From: Pseudomonadota bacterium
Lineage (GTDB): Bacteria; Pseudomonadota; Alphaproteobacteria; Rhodobacterales; Rhodobacteraceae
Direction of reading: 5' to 3'
DNA length: 64,000 bases
Assembly: GCA_038745585.1 (NCBI GenBank)
Contig: JBCDLH010000004.1
Coordinates: 28,521-92,520 of the forward strand
Below the pieces are notes generated by a model, which ran no database searches, had not been told where the DNA came from, and worked only from the letters and a program-made list of their open reading frames with translations. Shown here piece by piece: positions 58,304 through 64,000 of the stretch (position 1 is its first letter; each line of letters begins with the position of its first letter). A program made the position numbers and the translations under genes.

Positions 58304-58540
58304 CTAACCCCGATCCCGCAACCTCACCCCCGGCCCACCACCGTTCTGCTCGATGAACTGAACACCCGCGGCTTCGAGGGCGTTACGGATGGCTGCTACG
58401 GCTTCGGCGGACGCAGGGGGCTGAATGGTCCCTTCCGCTCTCTTCAGCGTTGAAACTGAGACCTTCGCGCGTTTCGCCAACGAGGCTTGGCTCTCTCCGA
58501 TCATCGACCTTGCTGCTCGCAATTGTTCGGGCGTTGTCAT
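58304..58540 (-). CDS. XRE-family helix-turn-helix transcriptional regulator
   Basis: MTTPEQLRAARSMIGESQASLAKRAKVSVSTLKRAEG is a Cro/C1-type HTH. It is transcribed divergently from a 3-gene operon. Confidence 0.85.
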   Translation of the reverse strand: MTTPEQLRAARSMIGESQASLAKRAKVSVSTLKRAEGTIQPPASAEAVAAIRNALEAAGVQFIEQNGGGPGVRLRDRG

Positions 58541-58557
58541 ATCACCTCTTGAACTAA

Positions 58558-58590
58558 ATAGACCAACCGCCTATGGTCCATATAGACCAT
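58558..58590. promoter_or_regulatory. candidate operator in the 63-bp divergent intergenic region
   Basis: Inverted repeat ATGGTC-N6-GACCAT (58573-58590) and a direct repeat ATAGACCA (58558-58565 and 58582-58589), between the XRE gene start (58540) and the ORF start at 58604. Confidence 0.5.
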
Positions 58591-58603
58591 ATCAGACCGG
58601 AGC

Positions 58604-58846
58604 ATGATCACAATGACCAAGAACCTCCCCAAGACACGTCAGGAGCTTCAAGTTGAAGCCGGACATCTCCATGCCGTTCTGGAAGGCATATCTGTCCTGC
58701 GCGATGCCGCCGACGGCGAGCAAAAGGATGAGGAAGCCAGGCGCGCTGGAAATGCGCTGCTTGTGCTAATCGAAGTGGCCATCGAGAAGGCCCATCGTTT
58801 GGATATCGCGCTCGACAACGTCAACAAGCCGGAGTTGGCGGCGTGA
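58604..58846 (+). CDS. hypothetical helical protein
   Basis: 80-aa ORF, first gene of the operon divergent from the XRE gene. The next gene overlaps by 4 nt. Confidence 0.5.
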   Translation: MITMTKNLPKTRQELQVEAGHLHAVLEGISVLRDAADGEQKDEEARRAGNALLVLIEVAIEKAHRLDIALDNVNKPELAA

Positions 58847-59280
58847 ACGACATGCAAAGGCCTCCCGAGGAACTGCGTCCCGTCACCGAATACGAGAACG
58901 ACAGCGTCCAGGGTGCTGCCCTTGCCGCGAAGAAAATCTTCGATGAGGAGCAAGAGAAGGTCGCGAAGCTTCGCAAGCAGCACCAGGACTACAAGGAAAG
59001 CCTCCCGAAGGACCCCATACAGGCCCTCAAAGAGATCAGTCGTACGCTGCCGCATATGAACGAGAGCCTGTCCGACCAGTATGCCCTCAAGGCAGCGCTG
59101 ATCCTCGTCAATGAGCTCGCGCTTCGTCGCGACCTGGACAACTGCCAGGACCTCAATGACGCGATTTTCTGGCTGACCTCTCAGGGCATCAATGCCCTGC
59201 GGATGCTCGAAGAAAGCAATGCTCGGGCCCACGACATCGCCGGGCAATTCCACGACACGCACCGGCCATTCCGCGCCTGA
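58843..59280 (+). CDS. hypothetical helical protein
   Basis: 145-aa ORF, translationally coupled, with no recognisable motif. Confidence 0.5.
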   Translation: MNDMQRPPEELRPVTEYENDSVQGAALAAKKIFDEEQEKVAKLRKQHQDYKESLPKDPIQALKEISRTLPHMNESLSDQYALKAALILVNELALRRDLDNCQDLNDAIFWLTSQGINALRMLEESNARAHDIAGQFHDTHRPFRA

Positions 59281-59297
59281 GGCCCACGTCACCATCA

Positions 59298-59831
59298 ATG
59301 CTCAACCTTTCCCAGGCCCCACAGAACACCTACTGCGCCGACCGCGCCTGGTCCGACCAGTACATCCCTGAGATCCGCCGCCTTGTGGGGCCGCACCTTC
59401 TGAAGCCAGCGCCGGAGGACCTGGATACCAAACAGGCGACGGATCTCATGCTGCTCGATGCCCGCGACATGCGCCTGGCAGCGCGTGTGCGCCGCCCTGG
59501 CTACGCAGAGCGCTATCCCAACGAAATCACGATCCGCTCCCGCGCCACCTTCGGCGGAGAGACCGAGCTTGCCAAAATCGTCAACGGCAAGGGTGACTGG
59601 ATGTTCTACGGACACGCCAGTGCCCGCGGCATGGCCATCGACCCCTGGTGGCTGATTGACCTCAGAGCCTTCCGCGCCGCTCTCATCCGCCGCTCAGACG
59701 TCCACGGCCTGCGCTACGGCGCACAGCAGAACCCTGACGGCACGCAGTTCGTATGGTTCGACCTGACGAGCTTCCCGGCTTATCCGCCACTCGTGGTGGC
59801 GCAGTCGGCAAGTGCTGTGATGGCGGCCTGA
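59298..59831 (+). CDS. hypothetical protein
   Basis: 177-aa ORF 17 nt after the previous stop. Balanced composition and no confident motif. Confidence 0.5.
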   Translation: MLNLSQAPQNTYCADRAWSDQYIPEIRRLVGPHLLKPAPEDLDTKQATDLMLLDARDMRLAARVRRPGYAERYPNEITIRSRATFGGETELAKIVNGKGDWMFYGHASARGMAIDPWWLIDLRAFRAALIRRSDVHGLRYGAQQNPDGTQFVWFDLTSFPAYPPLVVAQSASAVMAA

Positions 59832-59956
59832 CTGAAGCGAACCGGGTAACGTCGGCACACCCGCCCAGAGACGTTGCCAAACGTGTTGTTGGATGCGCTT
59901 CGCTTTCGCTGTGATACTCTTCCCCAGCAAATCTCGAACAGACTGAGCGATGCGCC

Positions 59957-60343
59957 ATGACAAAGAAACCAAAGACCAGGCAAAAGCTTGAGGACATCTT
60001 GGCGTCGTGTTCAGAGGCTCTCTTCCCGGCGGAGATGGGTTCGGCTCCCGTGTCCATTGGAAGCCGCGCCTCCAACGGCGACACGCCTCTCCACGTGATG
60101 GCATGGCGCATAGACACCCACGGCGCGCTTCAGCTTATTGATGCGGGAGCAGACGTGAATGCCGCCGGGGACATGTCAGAAACGCCTCTCCACATCGCGG
60201 TGCGTAAGAAGGATCTAACCGTTGTCGAAGCATTGCTTCGGGCGGGAGCAGATCCAGACCGGGTTTCTGAGTTAGGAAACACGCCTCGGAAATTCGCCGA
60301 CGAGCTCGGCGGAGAGATGCGGCGACTATTTATCAAGGTTTAG
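59957..60343 (+). CDS. ankyrin-repeat protein
   Basis: NGDTPLHVMAWRIDTHGALQLIDAGADVNAAGDMSETPLHIAVRKKDLTVVEALLRAGADPD contains two to three canonical ANK repeats (TPLH...GADVN). Confidence 0.85.
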   Translation: MTKKPKTRQKLEDILASCSEALFPAEMGSAPVSIGSRASNGDTPLHVMAWRIDTHGALQLIDAGADVNAAGDMSETPLHIAVRKKDLTVVEALLRAGADPDRVSELGNTPRKFADELGGEMRRLFIKV

Positions 60344-60844
60344 GATGGCGAAGCGCTTCAGCATCAGAGCGTATGCCAGTGGAGCCATCCTAGTGCTCTA
60401 GGAGTGACGCTCTGTTTCTACACAGCTCTGGATTTGGATGCTGATGAGGTGATCCGCGTCAGCACTAAGTTCGAGCCGCAGCCGGTGGTTGACATGACAT
60501 CCGAGATGCAATGACCAATGCCGCGGCGGGGGGCACGTACAAAGCGCCCCCGCTGCGCCGTTAGTGGTTCTCAGGACTAGGACTAAGCTTGAATGAAGAC
60601 GTTCGGCGGCGGCTCACTCATCCCTGCTGAGCGCTACCCCGTCGCCTTTGGCCACCTCGGCAGACTTGAGAAAGCGGATGCGCTCAGGCTCCGGTGCCTT
60701 AGGGATAGCTTTTGCCGCCGTGTGTTTTGCCCCGACACAAAGCACCGGATGGCCGCTTCGAGCCCATGTTGCCTAAGCGCGAAATATTGATAGAGCTAGG
60801 CACTCAAAGGGATTTCGGACCTGCAACACCGTCAGAAGCCTGAA

Positions 60845-61468
60845 ATGAACCGCGACTATTGGCAATCAGTGCTTGAACGGGAAGAGCAAGCGCGAGGCTA
60901 TCACGAAGGCTTCAAACTATTATTCTGTCCATGGCATTTGATCGAGACCGCAGACACTGTGTTTCTCAGCTTGAATCCAGGAAGCGACCCGTCGGGTGAG
61001 TATATGCGGATCGCGTCCGACGAGCGAGGCAATTCCTATTTGGTCAGACGTGAAGCGAAGCACTCACCAATTGCTGAACAGTACCGTCGCCTTTGCGATT
61101 TCATCGAGAGGGATCCAGAAACGGTGCTCGCTGGCGCACTGATGCCGTTCCGCACATCTAACTGGCTAAGATCCCGGGATAGAACCAATATCTCTGTCTC
61201 GCGCCCATTTTGGCAGAAAGCTTTCACGTGTGGAAGGGTGCATCAGGTATTCTGCATGGGGCGCGAGGTCGAGAACGAAGTTGTTGCTTTGACGGGTGCG
61301 GCAATCGAACGTGAGGTTCCCGCTAATTGGGGCAAGCTCTCAATTCGGCGCTACCGGGCGGAGAATGGCTTGTTGGTATATGGGCTCTTACATTTCTCGA
61401 CGTACAAGATGTTCAGCCGCCCCGAGTGCGTATCCGCACTTCAGGGGCTGTTAGACTCCTCTCGATGA
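60845..61468 (+). CDS. hypothetical protein, possible uracil-DNA-glycosylase-superfamily fold
   Basis: 207-aa ORF in A+T-richer DNA. TVFLSLNPGSDPSGE near the N-terminus resembles UDG motif A (G-I-N-P-G type). LLVYGLLHFSTYK near the C-terminus resembles motif B (HPS type). The spacing is right, but this is inference only. Confidence 0.5.
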   Translation: MNRDYWQSVLEREEQARGYHEGFKLLFCPWHLIETADTVFLSLNPGSDPSGEYMRIASDERGNSYLVRREAKHSPIAEQYRRLCDFIERDPETVLAGALMPFRTSNWLRSRDRTNISVSRPFWQKAFTCGRVHQVFCMGREVENEVVALTGAAIEREVPANWGKLSIRRYRAENGLLVYGLLHFSTYKMFSRPECVSALQGLLDSSR

Positions 61469-61821
61469 AGGCGGTGAGCACAGGATGCACTTTCGAGGCG
61501 ATTTGAATAATCGCCCTTGAATGGCCGGTCAGCGGAGTTCCTTACTCATTCGAAACGAACGACCGCTCCGTCCGCGTTTGGATGGTTGGACTAGGCAGCA
61601 GCGAAAGCACGGTATCGGATCGGGAATAATCGGCCTCTGTGAATGACCGCTCTGGCGATAAGCACTGCGCCGCAGCAACATGTGTGCTGCACTAGCGAAC
61701 GAATGCTGCGTCAGCGAAGTCTGAAAAGTGGATGACGGCATTGTCCCGCATTGCTGCCAGCATAGTTTGCCACGTCATACGCTCCTCTCCCTATGCCGGA
61801 CGCCGCAAGTATACTCCATGT

Positions 61822-62476
61822 ATGGTTACACGTCTCATCGCTTCCGCCCTTCTCTGCATCGTCGCACTTCCCGGCCTCGCCAAAGTCCGAGTGATTGACG
61901 GCGATAGTCTTGAGCTCGACGGCGAGACCATGCGCATCAACGGCATCGACGCGCCGGAGGCAGGCCAGAAGTGCGCAACGCGTCGGGGCTCGGAGTGGCC
62001 GTGCGGTCGGGAAGCCGTCGCAGCGATGGCTGCGCTTGTCGAAGGCAAAGAGGTCGCGTGCGAGAAGCACGAGGAAGACGTCTATGGCAGGTGGATTGCA
62101 ACTTGCGTCGCAGACGGTGTTGATGTCGGCGAAGCAATGGTACTCAGTGGCCACGCCTGGGCGTTTCTCCGCTTTTCGGATGCCTACGAGCCGCAACAGG
62201 CCATCGCCGAATCAGCTCGGCATTTGGCAAGCTCCAACGCAGACCCCGTGGGACTTTCGCGAGGAACGATGGGGCCGAGCTACTGCCGGGATCCCAGAGG
62301 AAGCGCCGGAGGGGTGCCCGATCAAGGGAAACATCTCGGACAACGGCCACATCTACCACGCGCCTTGGTCGCCCTGGTACAGCCGCACGCGCATCGACAC
62401 TTCGAAAGGCGAGCGGTGGTTCTGCGACGAGGGTGAGGCTGTCGCTGCAGGATGGCGTGCGCCGAGGTGGTGGTGA
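61822..62476 (+). pseudogene. thermonuclease (SNase)-like secreted nuclease with one frameshift
   Basis: Frame 1: signal peptide plus VIDGDSLELDGETMRINGIDAPEAGQKC...DVYGRWIATC...SGHAWAFLRFSDAY...AESAR. Frame 2 continues LGIWQAPTQTPWDFREERW...CPIKGNISDNGHIYHAPWSPWYSRTRIDTSKGERWFCDEGEAVAAGWRAP. The frame change is at about 62215-62227. Confidence 0.75.
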
Positions 62477-62559
62477 GGTCGGCGCACTCGCCTTGCCTCA
62501 CTCGCAGTCTGCTAATTCCCGCAGGCAAGAATTCGTCTACGGGGAGGATTGGTGGGCGT

Positions 62560-63273
62560 CTAGGTAGCCTGGTCCAATCGGATCTTGCCATCGTTGAGAA
62601 AGACGCATCTGCTGAACGCAGACAGATCAACTGGGTTAGGGAGCCGTAGATCCGCGAGGCTGGGCATAGCCCTGCCACTCAAATCGAACGAGCGGTCGAC
62701 CTGAGAGATCAACACGCACATCGCCTCGGTTTCCTTCGCGTACGCACAGAGCGACCTTACTTGGTGGTCCAGGCTTGGGTTCGAGCGCTTCTGGTCTAGG
62801 ATCTGTAGATAATCGATGACGATAAGCGCGGGCTGGTTGTCGGTCCTGAGCCGTTGGGCGATGTGTTCCGCCGAAATCTCGTCCGACGTGTCGACCACCA
62901 GACGCTCCAGAACGGAAGCGGGTTCATAGCCAAGCGCGCCAAGCTGCTCTGCGACGTCACGCTCGTTGTAGTCGAGCGTGAAGAAATAGCCCTTGCGACA
63001 CAGGCGGGACGCGTTCGCTGCCAGCTCAAGCCCTAAGAGAGTTTTGCCTTGTCCTGGTCTTGCTGTCACCAAGCAAAGGTCGCCGGGTTCTAGGGCGGCG
63101 AGCACTTGCTGGGCAGCGTCGTCCTTCCCGGATCGCGCAGAGAGGTGGCCCCAGTTCTGGTAGCCCTCCTGAACGGCAACGCGGTCCAGTGCTTGGTGCA
63201 AAGCGACGCCAGTTTGCCGCGCGAGACGCTTGGCCTTTCGCTTCAATACATAAACCGGTGCAGAAAACAGCAC
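62560..63273 (-). CDS. stand-alone DnaB-C-terminal/RecA-like ATPase ('DNA helicase'-annotated family)
   Basis: Start at GTG 63273 with GGAGG 7 nt upstream. N-terminal helix motif APVYVLKRKAKRLARQTGVALHQALDRVAVQEGYQNWGHL. Walker A TARPGQGKTLLGLE, Walker B-like ALIVIDYLQILD, then VLISQVDRS. Confidence 0.75.
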   Translation of the reverse strand: MLFSAPVYVLKRKAKRLARQTGVALHQALDRVAVQEGYQNWGHLSARSGKDDAAQQVLAALEPGDLCLVTARPGQGKTLLGLELAANASRLCRKGYFFTLDYNERDVAEQLGALGYEPASVLERLVVDTSDEISAEHIAQRLRTDNQPALIVIDYLQILDQKRSNPSLDHQVRSLCAYAKETEAMCVLISQVDRSFDLSGRAMPSLADLRLPNPVDLSAFSRCVFLNDGKIRLDQAT

Positions 63274-63638
63274 GTGTCGTCCTCCCCTTCCGAGCTGTTC
63301 GCGCAGTCCCTCCTTATGCGTCGGCTCGAACGAGACAGGTTCAGACGAGTTTGCTCCGCATGTCGTGTGCTTCCCGGATGGAGGGTGGAGGCTTGAGCAA
63401 AGCCTGCGGTAACCGTGCATGAGGTTCTGGAGACGCACAAGGGAAAGTGTTGAGGCGACCGGGTGCTGTTCGAAGAAAAGAATCACGATGTGCAAGCGGC
63501 GCAGTTCGCGCAGTCGGCGCTCCGTTTGTAGGGGGCAACCCGATCAACAACCGGCTCGTCTAGGGTGTACTAAAGGGTGGACCGACTTCAGCACAGCCTG
63601 AAAATTTCAAATGAAAACAGTTATTTAACGGCTGAATT

Positions 63639-63654
63639 TGGTGCCCAGGAGAGG
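63639..63654. repeat. attR: 16-bp direct repeat TGGTGCCCAGGAGAGG (inside the tRNA-Leu 3' end)
   Basis: Identical to 35790-35805. Confidence 0.85.
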
Positions 63655-63725
63655 ACTCGAACCTCCACGTCCATACAGACACTAGCACCTGAAGCTAGCG
63701 CGTCTACCAGTTCCGCCACCTGGGC
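63639..63725 (-). tRNA. tRNA-Leu (anticodon CAG), class II with long variable arm, CCA encoded
   Basis: The reverse complement folds by hand. Acceptor GCCCAGG/CCTGGGC; anticodon stem CTAGC/GCTAG with loop TTCAGGT; long variable arm; T-arm GGAGG-TTCGAGT-CCTCT; then ACCA. Confidence 0.9.
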
Positions 63726-63887
63726 AAAGTGTCGTGACGCGCGCTGGTACCGAGCGCAAGGGGACGTGTCAACGCTTTGTGGCGCCCGTTATCTGCGGCG
63801 TTGAGGAGACCGAAATTGCCGGACCAAAGGCGCAAGCTACCTCCGAGCGGGGTTGGCTGAACGCCCCACGTTTGGAGGAGGGAAGGC

Positions 63888-64000
63888 ATGTCCCGGCTTG
63901 TGACGATCTACGGCGGCTCCGGATTCGTTGGGCGCTACATCGCGCAACGGGCGGCCCATGCGGGCTGGCGCGTTCGCGTGGCGGTGCGGCGGACAGACGA
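63888..64000 (+). CDS. NAD(P)-binding Rossmann protein, NDUFA9/NmrA-like (N-terminus only; runs off the right edge)
   Basis: Own translation [35 protein letters not shown], with the GGSGFVG dinucleotide-binding motif. GGAGGAGGGAAGG lies upstream of the ATG. Confidence 0.7.
   Translation, partial: MSRLVTIYGGSGFVGRYIAQRAAHAGWRVRVAVRRTD

Larger units (their letters stand above)
35790..63654. mobile_element. integrative genomic island (about 27.9 kb) in tRNA-Leu(CAG)
   Basis: Perfect 16-bp direct repeats at both ends, one inside the tRNA 3' end. An intact tyrosine integrase lies 162 bp inside attL. Content is mosaic, with AlpA, an SF3 helicase, pseudogenes and A+T-richer cargo. Confidence 0.8.

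Noticed and set aside
60600-60760. Short minus-strand reading frame (...AKHTAAKAIPKAPEPERIRFLKSAEVAKGDGVALSRDE) in the gap of about 500 bp after the ankyrin gene
   Set aside because: It is protein-like in composition but under 45 aa from the nearest possible start, with a stop just upstream, and it has no recognisable family. It could be a gene relic, but it is not reportable.

Overview
High-GC window that reads like an alphaproteobacterial chromosome (inferred from gene content and composition; no search was possible). All product calls come from reading motifs in the supplied translations and in my own translations. No homology search, covariance model or statistics were run.

Layout:
(1) 1-2075: a tightly coupled minus-strand operon of a SpeH-like pyruvoyl decarboxylase, an AlaDH/PNT-family dehydrogenase and a SAM methyltransferase. 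An S9 peptidase follows at 2798-4849.
(2) About 5.9-6.8 kb: decayed IS5-family transposase fragments.
(3) About 6.9-31.6 kb: a large Wzy-type polysaccharide (EPS/O-antigen) locus. It holds GT4 and GT2 glycosyltransferases, a WcaF-like acetyltransferase, an OafA-like acyltransferase, two O-antigen polymerase/ligase-like membrane proteins, an ExoY/WbaP-type priming transferase, a Wza-like exporter, a Wzc/ExoP-like tyrosine autokinase and an embedded NusG/RfaH-like paralogue. About 12.4-20.7 kb is visibly A+T-richer and contains a decayed 3.4-kb stretch. A pair of Ig-like/SGNH-esterase proteins sits at 20.8-23.4 kb.
(4) 31.7-35.0 kb: a PPP phosphatase, an alpha/beta hydrolase and an orphan protein.
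(5) 35790-63654: an integrative island of about 27.9 kb bounded by a perfect 16-bp direct repeat, one copy being the 3' end of tRNA-Leu(CAG). An internally deleted second integrase lies just outside its left end.

The island carries a P4-type integrase, an AlpA-like regulator, a wHTH protein, a Toprim/TopoVI-A-like protein, a D5/P4-type SF3 helicase, an iteron-like GGTTACCGAT array, and a virion-lysin-like module with no capsid or terminase genes. It also carries a cobalamin riboswitch driving a Nik/Dpp-type ABC importer that ends in a FhuF-like 2Fe-2S protein, several pseudogenes, an XRE-controlled small operon, an ankyrin protein, a possible UDG-fold protein, a frameshifted thermonuclease and a stand-alone DnaB-C-terminal-like ATPase.

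No CRISPR array, rRNA, reverse transcriptase or recognised defence system was seen. The most interesting candidates are the riboswitch-ABC-FhuF operon on a mobile island, the satellite-like replication/virion-lysin module with its iteron array, the NusG paralogue inside the EPS operon, and the Ig-like/SGNH pair.
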